Below are positions 45,791 through 61,060 of a DNA stretch of 64,000 nucleotides, piece after piece. The notes beneath the pieces are model-generated. The model had not been told where the DNA came from, did not search any database, and saw only the letters and a program-made list of their open reading frames with translations. The stretch lies in NCBI RefSeq assembly GCF_009914755.1, contig NC_060937.1; one strand, written 5' to 3'. Numbering within the stretch: position 1 is the stretch's first letter; every line of letters starts with the position of its first letter. The position numbers and the translations under genes were made by a program. The stretch comes from the human T2T-CHM13v2.0 reference genome, Homo sapiens.

Positions 45791-46429
45791 ATGTGTGTGC
45801 ATATAAATATATTGTATAAATATGTAAAAATAAATAAATAAAAATCTTGATGATGGCAAGAGTTTGGTGGGGGGTGTGGTCACTGCATATATTACTGAGA
45901 GCTGAATTCTAGCATCTTAGTGATAGTCCTTGTCGCTAAGTTAGGTGTGAAGGGAGTGCATATTCTAGGAAGAAACAGCCAAGCTACACACCCTCCAGCA
46001 AGCTCCACCTTCCAGCAAGCTCCACCCTTCAGCAGATTTCCCTGGGGGGCATGACTAACTCCACCAGACTCCCGCCACATCTCAGGAAATCTCCTTCCTT
46101 CAAGCAACCCCCTCACAAAATGATTGAGCCCGGATTTTCATCCAACTGTAGCAGGTTGCGATTGAGTCATTTCTATTTTGTTTGCCAAGCAAAAGAAAGA
46201 TATCATCTCCTATATTTTGAAAGTTGCAAAGCAAATTCATATGGCCTCCTAGTGAATTAAATAGCCATCTTGGTTTTATTTCTTTAGATGATTTTTTTTT
46301 TGCTAATTCTTGCATGTATAGTGTTTATTGTATTTTATTATATTACTTTTTTTTTATCAAGGAAATTATCAGCTTTTAATCGTCCTTAGAAGATTATTAG
46401 TTACCTTAAGAGGAAATTTCGGCTTGGTG

Positions 46430-46845
46430 AAAAAAATTGTGGTAAAAATATAACATAAAATTTACCATTTTAACCATTTATAAGCGTACAATTCAGTTGC
46501 ATTAAATACACTCACGATATTGTGCAGTCATCACCGCTATCCATTTCCAGAACTTTAAAAACTCTTCCTAAGTGGAAATTCTGTGTCCCTGAAATAATAA
46601 CCTCCCATTCTCCTTTCCCCAGGCCCTGGTAACTTCTACTTTCTGGCTTTATGAATTTGCTTATTCTAGGTACCTTATATAAGTGGAATCACGCAGTATT
46701 TGCCCTTTTATGTCTGGTTAATTTCCCTTAGCATAAAGTTTTAAAGGTTCATTCTTGTTATATCATGTTCCTGAATTTCATTCCTTTTTAAAACTGAGTA
46801 ATATTCCATTGTAGGTATATACCACATTTTGTTTATCCATTCACA
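46430..46845 (-). mobile_element. L1MB-type 3' end
   Basis: TTGTGGTAAAATATAACATAAAATTTACCATTTTAACC...ATACCACATTTTGTTTATCCATTCA. Confidence 0.85.
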
Positions 46846-48112
46846 TTACATTGTATTTTTGTTCCAATTCCCTTCAACACTGAGTTTCCAGAGCACAGAG
46901 ATAATGTATAGTATGTCTCTGTATTCCCAGCAGCTACCACAGTTGAAGGAAAGAAACGACAAATGGTATCTATTAATCATTCAATGGTAGGCATGGAGTT
47001 ATAGTTCATTCATCACTCAGAGGCACTTTAACTTGACAGTAGGCCTGGATCTATAGTCCTGAAAGATGAAGCTGTCATTTTCAGCTGTGACCTAATAGTA
47101 CAACCCTCAGAAGACCCAGTGCTTAACCCTATCCCTGCCTCTTGAGGAAAGACCACAGCACAGTGACCATTCCTTAGTCTGGGGCCTTTACTTATGCACA
47201 GAGAGAAGAGGCTGAGCTAGGCAGAACTCAGGCAGGGCAGCCTCTGACTCTGCTTTGCAGTGTTAGACAAAATGTAAGTGCAGAAATATATGCTGAAGGC
47301 AAATTTAATTTTTGCCTTATCTTGCATTTTCCAATACCCTCTTTTAGTTCGGATAATCAAATGTGAGCTTTGGAGCAGATCTAGTATCAAATGGAATTAA
47401 ATATAATTTGGTCCTGTCAATTTAGTCAAAGGTGGCTTAGTAAATGATATGCCTCAGACTTTAAAAACAACTTAGGAAATCTCTGTAAATACAGAAATAG
47501 CTAAGCTCCTGTGCCACGTGACAGCAGAAAATATTCCCTTCTGTCCTATAGATTGGTTGTGCATTTTATCTTTTCCTGCCTGGACTCACAGGTACATTTA
47601 TTTCAAGTTTCAAATATGACTTTATTAATGCCAGAGAAAGAGAACTGTGGCACCGATAATGCAAATGTGTGGATAGCGAAACCATGGAAACTTTGTGAAG
47701 GGGCAGAGGCCTGGTTCCCTGTGTGAGAGCCCTGGACCCCATGGGCATGGCTGGGAGTGGAGTGGGGGAGGGGGATGACTTTGGCATCTGCTGGCAGGCA
47801 GACCTAGGTTTGCATTTTCAGTCTGCATTTCAGTGGCTGGGTGACCATAGGCAAGTTACTCTCTGAGACTGAGTTTCTTCCTTGCAGGGCTATTTGGAGG
47901 ATTATAATATATATAAGTGGAAATAACACATGAAAAGTGATGGCTTTACAGTGGCTTTAAAAATTACTGGTAACAATTATTAGTGTTTGCAGATGGCTAT
48001 GAAGTGTTCTCTGCCAGACTAGGGAACAGTGGACCTTGGAAACATGTCTGGCCTTTGGATGGGAGAAATGTAGAGCTGCTTGTATAGTGTAATTTGAGTG
48101 GGTTCAGGTAGA

Positions 48113-48585
<473 letters not shown>

Positions 48586-48959
48586 AACACAGGGAACCTT
48601 ATCCTTTATCTGAAAGATCTACTTTAAATTCATTCCTGTGGTTCTTAAGGGATTTTTTTTTAGTTTTTCAGATCAGTTATTAACATACTGTTTTAAGCTT
48701 CCATTGTGTATAGGGAAATAGTAGCTTTGATGGGTTCTAGTTCAGAGCAAGGCATTGTGGGAATGAGGCCTGAACACTGTACTGGGGGCTGTTCAGCGTG
48801 TTCTGGAAAAGGAGAAGCGCAAGAATGGGCCATCTGAAACTGTATCACTTCCAGTTCCCATAACGAGTCTTCTTCTTAAAGCATTGTGAACCTTTCATAT
48901 TCTCCCATCCCAGGGCGCAGGCAAACCTCAGGGACAGGTCGTGAGGAAGGTGGCAGCTT

Positions 48960-49100
48960 ACCTGCAATATACAAATATACAAGTAATTTTTTAGTGTAAA
49001 TATGTCCCAAATATTAAATGGGACATGCTTATACTAAAACAATTATGTGTTGCTCATGTGAAATTGATATTTAACTGGGTAGGACTGGCCTGGCAGCAGC
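48960..49100. mobile_element. Second MER53 copy, partial
   Basis: TAATTTTTTAGTGTAAATATGTCCCA...TGGGACATGCTTATACTAAAACAATTA hairpin core. Confidence 0.75.
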
Positions 49101-49268
49101 CATTTCCACAGCTACTCTTGTGCTGTCCAAACTGCTTGGTGAAAGTGGCACAGAGACTATATGAAGGATGCAGGGGACTGTGGGGGCAGTCATGGCCCTC
49201 CCTTCATCCTCTCTGGAACCTGCTACATGCCAAATTCAGGTTGCAGGTGGAATTAAGTTTGCTAATCA

Positions 49269-49956
<688 letters not shown>

Positions 49957-50319
49957 GAGGAACCAAAGTGGGAAAAGATGAAATAGCCAATGAAATGGCT
50001 CAAAGAGTAACTGGAGTGAGAGTGTGCCCAGGTGTCTTAGGCGGAAAGCTGGTGAAGAGAATTGTCCGGACTGAGAGGCCTAGTAGATTCAAAGCACATC
50101 TTAACCACAGAAAACCATCAGTTAGAGGCCAGAGAATGTCAGACCTGGGAGGAATCCTATGACCATATGGTCCAGCCTCTCATTTCTTGGGTGAGGCATC
50201 CAATGCCCAAAGATATAATGGAATTGTTAGAATTCACAGAGCTAATCAGGGAGTGAATGATCTAGGACAAGAATCCTGTTCTTCTGACCCTTTGGCCAGC
50301 CCTCTGGGTACCACACCAC

Positions 50320-50374
50320 GCTCACAAAAACAATACTTTACCGATGGCTCACAAAAACAATACTTTACCGATGG
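50320..50374. repeat. Perfect 27-bp tandem duplication
   Basis: GCTCACAAAAACAATACTTTACCGATG x2. Confidence 0.97.
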
Positions 50375-50589
50375 AGGGATTATCTATTTAAACTTCAAAG
50401 AAATTCTTTTGGAATGTTTTTGAGCCCTCCAATGCTAATTAGTGAATTGACTCAGAGTAAGACAGCGGCTCTGCCTCCCGACTCCCCAGGGATGTGTCTC
50501 TGCCATGGGGTCCCCCACCCTGTCTTATTTGGACCCACAGCTGCCCATCCTCAAGACTGTGCTTGCCCAGAGTCACCTGCTTGAGGAAG

Positions 50590-50840
50590 TAGAGTATGGC
50601 AATGAAGACAGCATGGGTGGGCCCTGGGTCTAGACAGGCCTGAGTTCTAGCTTTGGTGTTGTCCCTGGTGTGGACTGGTGTGTCCTGTGGAGTGACTTAG
50701 GTAATCTCTTGAAGGCTCAGGGTCCTGGTCTATAAAATGAAGAGAAGAATATAATTTAATAGGATTCAATAAGATAATCCATATAAAGCATTCAGCACGG
50801 GGTCTGGAGGCAGTCAGCGTTCAGTAAAATAGCAACTATT
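50590..50840 (+). mobile_element. MIR SINE
   Basis: CTAGACAGGCCTGAGTTCTAG...TCTATAAAATGAAG...TAAAGCATTCAGCACGG. Confidence 0.6.
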
Positions 50841-52829
50841 GTACTTGTTTTTAGAGAGACCTTCTTTGGCCCTGCCTATGGCTTCCATATCTGTCTGCAT
50901 TGGGCACGTTGCTGTGCACTCCCATCAGCCCTGTGCCTGCCTCTGTTGTTCCATTTATCACATGGGGCTGCTGTATGTAATTTACTTGAATATCTCCTTG
51001 CTCTAGACTGTAAGCGACTTGGAGTCAGGAATCAGGGCTTTTTTGTGTTGGTATTTCCCAGCATCATAGATTGTACCTGACTCACAATTTGACTAGAGGA
51101 GTGGGAGTGTGCATAGGTGTCTTAGTAGGAAACCTAGAGAAGAGAATTGTCCTGACTCAGAGGCGTAGTGGCATGGGGCATCCGAGATGTAAAAAGTAAT
51201 AGTCCCATTTTATAGGTGCGGAAACTGAGAGCTCTCATTTCTCCAGCCTTTTCATTGATTTCCCCCCTCTACATTTCAACCCCTTGGCAAGTTGTCTTTT
51301 GCTCTTGGACAGATCATTTTCTTCTGCTATGGAGGTTCTCTGGAGAAACATGGGGAGGCGACTGCTGAGGCTGGAAGAGCCAATGACAAATGACCAGGGG
51401 CTTATATCCAGGTGGACAGAGGCTTTTCTTCATTGCCTGGTGATTCAAAAAATGTCTATTGAATGAATTAACAAATGAACAGCTTATATACTGGATAAAA
51501 GCAAAACAATCAAGAAGCAAATGAAAACAATGAATAAAGGAAGCTACTGTAGCTTCCTCTAACACTCTGAAAATAGCTCAATCTTTAATGGGGCCTCATT
51601 TGAAAATAAAGTACCAGTGTGTGAAATCTCCTGGTGTTTATTGTCTAAGTTCTGGTTGGTTTTTCAAGCATGGCAGACAGGTAATGACTACTAATTCCTT
51701 AGCTATTGATTTTTTGGGCTTTGCTTTCACAGGGTAGGTAAATGAGCCCCTCAGTGAGGATGGGAAGAGGAGATGCTCTGATTTCCTTAAGCTCTTTGAC
51801 AACATCTTTCAGGAGTCAACTTTTTTATATTATAGGTAGGTGTAATTGGAAATTTGCTTTCTTGCTACTACTTCTGTTCTAGCCAAGATTAGATATTTAG
51901 TGTGCAAACATTCCTGCGAAACGTGACACCCGAGGGCTGTAACTGACAGTTCTCAGTAGAGTCTGGGAATTGTTATTGCTGCTGAATTCCCTATCAGACA
52001 TGCACCATAGTCATCCAAGTAGGCTAGAGAGTCACATACTGTCATTTGATGTGGAAATTTGTTTTCAAATGAACTCTGAGATTTGGAGAATGCACTGATC
52101 CTTCACTAGGCAGAGAGAATAAAATCTTTATAGTTTTAGACGTTGCAGAAGATTCTGGAAAGAGTCACCCTTATTCCCAAGGGTAAAAATTAGCTGATAC
52201 TAATGAGACTTCTTTGAGTCTTCTTGTGGCTAAAATTTCTAAGGGGAGTGACACTTCATCTTCATAGTAGGAGAAGTGGTTTGTTGAAGTTGCTGGAGCT
52301 GGTTTCAGATGGGAAATGCAGTGAAGTAGCCTCACCCTGCTCTTGCTGCATGGTTTTATGCCTCTAGTTCCACAAACTGAGCCCAGGCAGTGTGTCCAGC
52401 CATGGGCCCGCATTGAGCATGGGAGGAGAGGCCTGACCTGCCTGAGAAAGTCCGCCATGAGGAGGAATACTTATCACGATGGAAATGGTTTTTAAAACAT
52501 CTGTCTGTAGACCTATGGATGGAGAAAGAGTGCTGGAAAGGATTCAGAGAAGAATCACAAAGTGATTAAAATCTTGGAAAAGAGGGTTTATGAGTAAGAG
52601 TCTGTAATTATTCACAAGGCAAGGTCAAGGAGATGAAATAACGCCCTAAAGTAGAGAGAGAGGTGTTTTGCACACCACGGAAGACAAATGCGCCAGGGAT
52701 GAGTACAGGTTTTTCTCCAAAGAACTAATGGTTGCTCTACCTGATTAAAAGATGGTCAATGTCAGGAATCGGGAAAAATGACAATTAAAGGGAAAATGTG
52801 AAATGCTTTTTCATGTATAACACTGGCAA

Positions 52830-53660
52830 AGACTAGAAAGATCTGCTCTTACCCAGTAGGCTAATGGGAGGAGGAAGGGAATACCCTCACCCCAGATACT
52901 GCAGAGGCTGATGAGAGCCTACATTGGCCAACTTTGTGGAGAACGATGAGGTAGTTACGTTTCCAAATCTTAACAAAGAGGCTCCTTTGCTCCAGCAGTT
53001 CCAGTAATAGGACTTTATCCTAAGGGAAACTTTGGTCCAGCGATAAAAGCCGTACATAGGTTGTTCACTGCACTGGTGTTTATCCCAGATAAATCTTATA
53101 AATGCCAACGTTTCCATCAATCTGGGATGAATTAAGCAAATTATGATATATCTATAACAGGGGTCAGCCCTTTTTCTTAAAGGACGGGATCAAAATATTT
53201 GGGGTCAGGAGGCAAAATTGAAGATATATGTAGGCACTAATATAATAATTTAAAAGTAAGGATTTAAACATGTAAAAACCATGTGTAGCTTGTGGGTTAC
53301 ACAAAAACAGGCAGTGGGCTGGATTTGGCCCCTGGGACTAGTTTGCTAAGTAGTTTGTCAATCTCTGGTCTCTACCATGGGATACTATAAAGCTGTTGAA
53401 AATGATGACATAGATCTATATTTATTGGCATGAGAGATATCTACAGTAAGTTACTAAGGGTAGAAAAGCAGGTTACGAAACAGCATGCAGTTATGACTCT
53501 ATTTTTGTAAAAATCAATTTTTGTATATGAAGGTTATAGACTAAAATATTGACTGCAGTTAATACTCTAGGTTGTGGATTGGGGAGATCTTTATTCCTTC
53601 TTTAAATATTTCTGTATTTTGGGAAGGTAATAAACGTGTGTTACTTACAAAATTTTAAAA
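52830..53660 (+). mobile_element. Ancient L1ME 3' region, split by MER58
   Basis: TCCAGCAGTTCCA...TTCCATCAATCTGGGATGAATTAAGCAAATTATG; continues after 53368. Confidence 0.6.
53158..53368. mobile_element. MER58-like hAT-Charlie element
   Basis: CAGGGGTCAGC...AAAAACAGGCAGTGGGCTGGATTTGGCCC...TTTGTCAATCTCTG. Confidence 0.75.
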
Positions 53661-53883
53661 TAACATGAAGTAATTAAAAACTGCAATGCCTCCAAAAAAG
53701 AAACACAAATAAATTAGAAAACAAAGCACTATTATACAGAATATTGCTAACTTCTCAATATTCTACCTCAATTTGGTGGTAGGAAATAAAGTGAACTTAA
53801 ATTATTTTTCAGATAATAGATTAGGATAATATCTGACACTGAAGGGGTTAGCAGGATTCCCCCCACAACTTTTCCATATCTTA

Positions 53884-54207
<324 letters not shown>

Positions 54208-54379
54208 AGAAGGAGGAAAGAAAAGTCATAAGCACAAATTTGAAGGTAGGGAACAGTTGACTAAACCCTTAATACTCTTTCCAAACATTCAATTATTGCC
54301 ATTACCTGTGTTAAATACAAGTTTTAGATTCATCCTGTTATGAAGTCTTGTTAGACAACCTTGGTGGGAGTGGGAGGTA

Positions 54380-54830
54380 TGTTGACATTGTCTGCCATAA
54401 AGGAAATGGAAAAATTTAAGTTTAATCCCAGCATTTGGTTTTAACATAAGAACATTGCAAGCCAGGGAGATACCGTCATGCAGCCTGAATCAGACCGTGA
54501 ACAGGGAACCAACAGCTCAGAAATAAAAAGACAAAGCTAGCTAGCTAAAGTCAATAAACAACTCATTTTAAATTGCAAATGAATTAATTATCCAGTGCTT
54601 CTAAAATGTCCCTCTTGGATGCATTCCATAAAATTAGCTTTTTCATTAGCAAAGTTTTCATTGCTACCATCAGAAGAAATTCTCTCTGTGAGTGAGTTGT
54701 CTGCATAATTGGTTATCTCCAGTGATGATAGCAGCTTGTTTTCTGTGGACAGTGCAGGAGTGTGAGTATGTCCAATAAAAATTCTCTCACCAATAAAAAT
54801 GTACTGAATAAGTAATGATCCCTAACATCG
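54380..54830. promoter_or_regulatory. Candidate conserved non-coding element
   Basis: Repeat-free; TTGCAAATGAATTAATTA, CCATAAAATTAG, CATAATTGG and CCAATAAAA twice (Hox13/Cdx-like). Confidence 0.3.
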
Positions 54831-55302
54831 AGGAGGTTTTAGTTTGGTAGGAAAATGGACATTAAATGTATTGAGCTAAGTAATTCTGTTTATGTAGCAA
54901 GCCAAATAATGATAGCAGTGATAATAATAAAACCTTTGATTTATTAAGTGCCTACTAAGCCCCAAGTACAATACCAGATAACATGACTGCTAGGACATGG
55001 GCATTACTATGCTCTTTTAGATGGGGAATTAAATCTCAGAGAGGTGAAATAACTTTTTTGAGGTCACACAGCTAATAAGTGACGGGAGACCTGTTTTAAT
55101 TTTGTATACTTTCCACTATGCCAAACTGCCTGCCAACTATAAACTATAAACTACTATTGTATTATCTATTAGTCTGTTCTCTTCGATCATCAGCACACAT
55201 AATTGTGAGTTTATTACTGCTACAAAACCATTTCCAGGAGGATTACTATGGAGCTTATGAAACCACTTTGAGACTATTGAACTAAGAGGGACTTAGTCTT
55301 GA

Positions 55303-55598
<296 letters not shown>

Positions 55599-56261
55599 AG
55601 TCTTGATTTTTAAAAGACAGCAGTCATATGCATGGCCTCAGTGAACATTCACTGTCATCAATTCATTCTTCCTTCTCTCAGAAATACGCTCTTGACATCA
55701 TGTAGCGCCTGGTTGATGGAGAGTGCCTTAGACTCCTTTATGATGTGTGCTACAGACCAAGGTCTCAGAGGGGTCAAGAGCTTGCATTTCATGGACTTTT
55801 GCTCCTGTTGCTGCCTGATAAATGGTTAATTGCTCCTTAGGTAGTATTGGACTAAAGAAAAACAGATTTGGACTTGCAATTTCATGGTAAGAGAGGGGAA
55901 AACCCAAAAAACAAACAACCCCCCCCCCCCATTATTCTTTGCACATAGACAGTAAAACATATTCCAAGTTTTACCCTTGAATTTCCTTCAAAACCATTCA
56001 TCTGTCATGTTTCCTCCATTTTTTTCAAAGCTAGGAGCAGCATCCATTTAATTGTGTACACCCTTAGTCCTCACTCATTCATTCATTCCACCATCATTCA
56101 CTGAGTACCTGGTCTGTGATAGGCATCATTCCAGACAAAGGGGCACAAAGCCAAATGAAAGATGGTTCTTGCCTTCCAGGAACTTTTGGCTTTGTGTTGT
56201 ATAAACAAAACATTTGTATTGTAACTACAAGGACCACAATGTGGATGAAGAGTGGAAATTC

Positions 56262-57110
56262 ATGTAATGGTTAGCTGTCGCCACAGTGATACTGGGTAAC
56301 ATACCATTCCAAAACTCAATGGCTGCAACAATAATCATCTACACTTTTTCATTACACTGTGGTTGGATGGTGTACTCGTTTGGTAGGGCTGTCATGACAA
56401 AATACCACAGACTGGGTAGCTTAAATAAAAAAATTATTTTCTCATCGTTCTGGAAGTTAGAAGCCCAAGATCAAGGTGTCGGAGGCTTGGTTTCTTTTGA
56501 GGCCTTCCTCCTTGGCTTGCAGATGGTGGCCCCTTGATGTGTCTTCAGATGGTCTCTGTGCACAGACATGTCTGTGTCCTAATTTCCTCTTCTTCTGAGG
56601 ATACCAGTCCTATTGCACCAAGGTCCACACATATGACATTGTTTTATTTTAATTGCCCCTTTAAAGGTTCTGTCTCCAAATAGTCACATTCTGAGGTACT
56701 GGGGCTTAAGGCTTCAACATATAAATTTTGGTGGGGGAAATAATTCATCCCATAACAGATGGGGTTTAGTTGATTTAAACTGGGTTCTGGTGGGCTTGGC
56801 AGGTCTCACATTTCTCAGTCTCCTGGAGAAGTGGGCTAGCTGGGGCATATTCCCTTCATGGCAGAAGTTGGAAGCTTCCAGAAGAGTTAGTGGAAGCATG
56901 CAATGTCTCTCAAGGCCTTGGCTCAGAACTTACACACCATCACTGTCACCCACATTCCATTGGCCAACATGAATCCTGTGGTCAAACTTGTGTTTCATGG
57001 GACAGGGAATAAACTCTCCCTCCAGTAGAAGGAAGTGCAGAGTCACAAGACAAAGCTTGTGGCCACAGGGAGGCGTGAAGAATTGGGAACAGTAACGCCG
57101 TCTATCCCAA
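56262..57110 (-). mobile_element. Ancient MLT1-type LTR hosting a younger MLT1A insertion
   Basis: AAAACTCAATGGCTGCAACA...CCACATTCCATTGGCCAA...GCAGAGTCACA. Confidence 0.55.
56371..56757 (-). mobile_element. MLT1A-like LTR
   Basis: TG..CA termini; perfect 5-bp TSD GATGG. Confidence 0.85.
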
Positions 57111-58929
57111 GAGTCGGGTGCATGAATTCAGGCTGGAGTTTCTTCGACATGAAGTGAACTGAATATTTATTTTGCTTCTGAGTGTTTAGCATTGAGTAGT
57201 TTTGTTCAGGTGCTGAAATGCGCAACAGTATACCTGTCCAAGAGGCCAAAAAGTTATTTTCTGAAACAACTGCATGAGCAGTCACATTCGTTGTGTGCAA
57301 ATGATCACAACCTAGTACGACTTGTACCCAGTATTGGGAGACAGAGCTTACTGCACTGAGGCTGAGGCCCCAGGTACACTCTACCCGTTGCTGCTGCTTT
57401 ACGGCTATAGATTCTCTCAGGAGATATTCCAGGTCATGCAGTAGGTAAGGAAAGACCAGCAGATGTTCACTGACATGAGACTGACATGAGAACATGTCAA
57501 AGTAGATGTCCCCTGACAAGGAGTCAGTATATTTAGGTCAACACAATTAGGCAATAATGTGGTGTAAATCATTCAAAGGCCCTGGAAGCAATGGAAGTAG
57601 AGTGGAGGGAGCACTGTGAAAAAAGGAAATAGCATCAGTGCATTTCCTGAGCGAGAAAATGAGAATGGCGCCTCCCGGAGGCAGCTCTTGGCTTATTAAA
57701 CGTATCCACTCATCCCGGTGGCCTGGGCTCCACTAGAGAAAAGGAGGAAAGGATTCCTAGGTGGCAGATTAGCAGCTGTGGGATTTGCTGTCAGACAAGA
57801 GAGAGGGAAGTAAAACAGATTGGACCACCTTAGGGAAGAAAAGGAAATTTATGGAAACAAATTAATTATAGCGACTGAAGTAGAGAAAAGAAAGGGTAGA
57901 GAAATCAGCAAAGGCTAGACTAAAATTTCCCAGATTGGCTTTTCTTGTCTCTGTGGGCTATGGTTAAACTCTCTAGGGCCCATGAGTTTTATGAGACTTC
58001 ACCATTTTCATTTGATGGCAAGCTAAAGAAAAATTTGCTGAAGAATATGCTGGGTGACAGATGAGTATCTCTTAACTGGGTGTTGCTGGGCAATTTCAGG
58101 TCTGCATTTGCACTTCTATTTACTTTCATATTTGTGATAACTGGAAGCAGAAAAAAAACATTCTAGGACACTGGATGAAAAAGTTATTCATAGCAGTTTG
58201 ATTGTGGAGAAAGTGGAGGCCGAATGAAGTAGCATATGGGATGTGGCTGCTCAACACAAAAGAACCAACACATGAAAGTATTTATTGATATTATTCTGAA
58301 CCTGAATGCATACATAAGTTTTTGTAATTATTAGCAATTGTAGTGTTAAATATGAAATTATGATTTTTTTCTTTAAATGAACACGTGGAAGATGACAATA
58401 TTTTGTTCTGGGATATACTATTACATTGCATGGCCTATCGATAAAATGGTTCAGGGCTCAATTTTAGTTTAGTGTTAGAAATGAAAAATAACAGAGATAA
58501 CAGTGAGAGCTTCAGTGATGATCTGTCTTGCTTAAAGTCACAAGAAGCAAGTCAATAATCAGCAAAATCAAAAGGGATGTATATATATATCTTTCTTCTA
58601 TGAACCACAGTGTTAGTGATTTGCTCTCAGTAAATACCATCCATCACAGCAATGATTTTTGAAAAATTGTATTGGGGTTGTAGTTTTATTTGCATTTATT
58701 TTATAACCTTATTTTGGTGGTAGAGCTGTCTAAGAGCTATATGCACAGGAGTTTTTACTTGTTCAATGTTTGTACATGCTTTAAAAATTACAACAAAAAC
58801 TTATTTAAAAAGATGTTTGAGAATTCCTTTTTCCTATAGAAGTAATTTGTTCATGAGGTTGATGAAAGAAGGAGGTGAGAGGAGATAGGTGATGAAGAAA
58901 AGGTTTTCTAGGAAAAAGGTAATGCATAG

Positions 58930-59392
58930 TCAAAGGGTTTCCTATTGCTGCTGTAACAATCACTACAAAGCTAGTGTTGTAAAACAACACAGATTTATCC
59001 TCATACAGTTTTGGAGGCCAGGGGTCTAAGCCCAGATCACTGGTGGTCAGTCAGCTGGTTCCCTCTGGAGGGTTTAGAAGAACATCTGTTTCCTTGCTTT
59101 TTCCCACTTCTGGAGGCCACGTACATTCCTTGGCTTGTGGCCCCTTCCTCAAATCACTCTGACCTCATGTTCTGCTGTCATATCTCTGACCTCTCCTTTG
59201 ACCTACCTCACTTTTAAAAGGCCTTTGTGATTACATTTAGGGCTCACTTGGCTAATTCAGGATAAACTCCCCACCCAAGGTCCTTAACTTAATCATGCCT
59301 GCAAAGTCTCTTTTGTCATATAAGGTAATATTCAAAGGTTTCAGGGATTGGAATGTGAGCACCTTTGGGGACTATTTTTCAGCTTACCTCAA
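58930..59392 (-). mobile_element. MLT1 (D/E-like) LTR
   Basis: TTTCCTATTGCTGCTGTAACAATCACTACAAA...CCTTAACTTAATCATGCCTGCAAAGTC. Confidence 0.75.
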
Positions 59393-59747
59393 GGGGACAG
59401 AGTTACATTAAGACCCAGGTTAGAAGAAGGATCAGAAAAAGTATTGTGGCAAGGCAGGGGCCCTGCATGGAATTATGGATCCAGTTTGAGTCTGAATCAC
59501 TTGATAGATGAAGCAATACTTGTAAGTAGACTCTTCAGAAAGAAACATTGAACACGGGGAAAAACTTGGAAAATAAAGTCTTAGAATAAGAAAATATAAG
59601 GGTATTGTAATTTTTCTGAAATGTAGAAAGAGCTATAAATGTTGATAATTAGCCATTCTTCTTATAACAACTGCTGGATGTTAGTAACCACCTATTGTTC
59701 ACATAATCCCAACAACATTGATTTATATTTTAGAGAAAGCTCCTCTG

Positions 59748-59910
59748 GTTTATTTATTTTCCTTTTTATGTTTTATTTTTCAGTTGTTTTTAGAGATGAG
59801 GTCTCACTATGTTGCCCAGCCTGGTCTCAAAGTACCTGGGCTCAAGGGTTCCTTCTGCCTCAGTCTCCCAAATAGCTGGGACTACAAGTGTGTGCCACGG
59901 TACTGGTCCC
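59748..59910 (-). mobile_element. Alu monomer (FAM/FRAM-like)
   Basis: Single ~130-bp monomer with T-rich tail. Confidence 0.7.
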
Positions 59911-59957
59911 CTCTGATTTCTTGACTGAATGGAAGTTATTAGCAATTATAGGAAAAT

Positions 59958-60280
59958 TGCTATAGACTGAATGTTTGAGTCCCATTAAAATTCATACTGA
60001 AATCTTAATCCCCACGGTTATGGAGTAGGAAGTGGAGTACTTAGATCATGAAGGTGGAGCCCCCATGAATGGCATTAGTGCCCTCATAAGGGATGAAAGA
60101 GTTGTCCCCTGCCATTATGTGAGGTTACAGTGAGAAGATGGGCTCCCATCAGACACTGAATCTGCCAGTGCTTTGATCTAAGACTTTTCAGCCTTCAGAA
60201 CAGTGAGAAATAAATTTTTGTTGTTTGTAAACTACCCAGTCTATGGGAGTTTGTTGTAGCAGCCTGAACAGACTGAAACA
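59958..60280 (+). mobile_element. MLT1A0/MST-like MaLR LTR
   Basis: TGCTATAGACTGAATGTTTG...AGCAGCCTGAACAGACTGAAACA. Confidence 0.8.
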
Positions 60281-60613
60281 CATAGATTTCTAAAACTATT
60301 TTGGAACTTTCTGGAAAATTTTAGGACTCACAACACTGTACCATTGAAGGTAGTAGGAGACTGTCAGGAGAAGCATAGTTCAGGATGACTTTAGAAGTTT
60401 TCAAATGCCATTAAGTCAGAGGTGGCCTTTTTTTGTAGTTCTCGTCTCCTCACCTCCCCATGAGTTTGTTCTTAGCCTTTCTGATTGTTCAGCTGACTTG
60501 GAAGAACTTTCTGCCCAACAGTGAGTGGGTATGTGTTCTGGGAGGCCAAGTTACAGGATTCTGCCAAGAGCCAGTTGAGGCTTGGATAGTCACGTCCACA
60601 TTCACAATAACAC

Positions 60614-60953
<340 letters not shown>

Positions 60954-61060
60954 GGGTAGAGTCACTGAGTTCCTCCTTCACTGTGGATAGCAGCCTCCCA
61001 GAGGAAGGAGCCCATCAGAGCTGCTGCATGCCCCAGAGCTGACTGCATACAGCTTCTACA

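Noticed and set aside
50320-50374. CRISPR-like repeats (also 32316-32380 and 16567/20022)
   Set aside because: Only two copies each, no repeat-spacer periodicity, no cas genes, and the context is eukaryotic
57043-57519. 158-aa minus-strand ORF
   Set aside because: No recognisable domain, non-ATG start in the track, overlaps an LTR remnant; its length is compatible with chance
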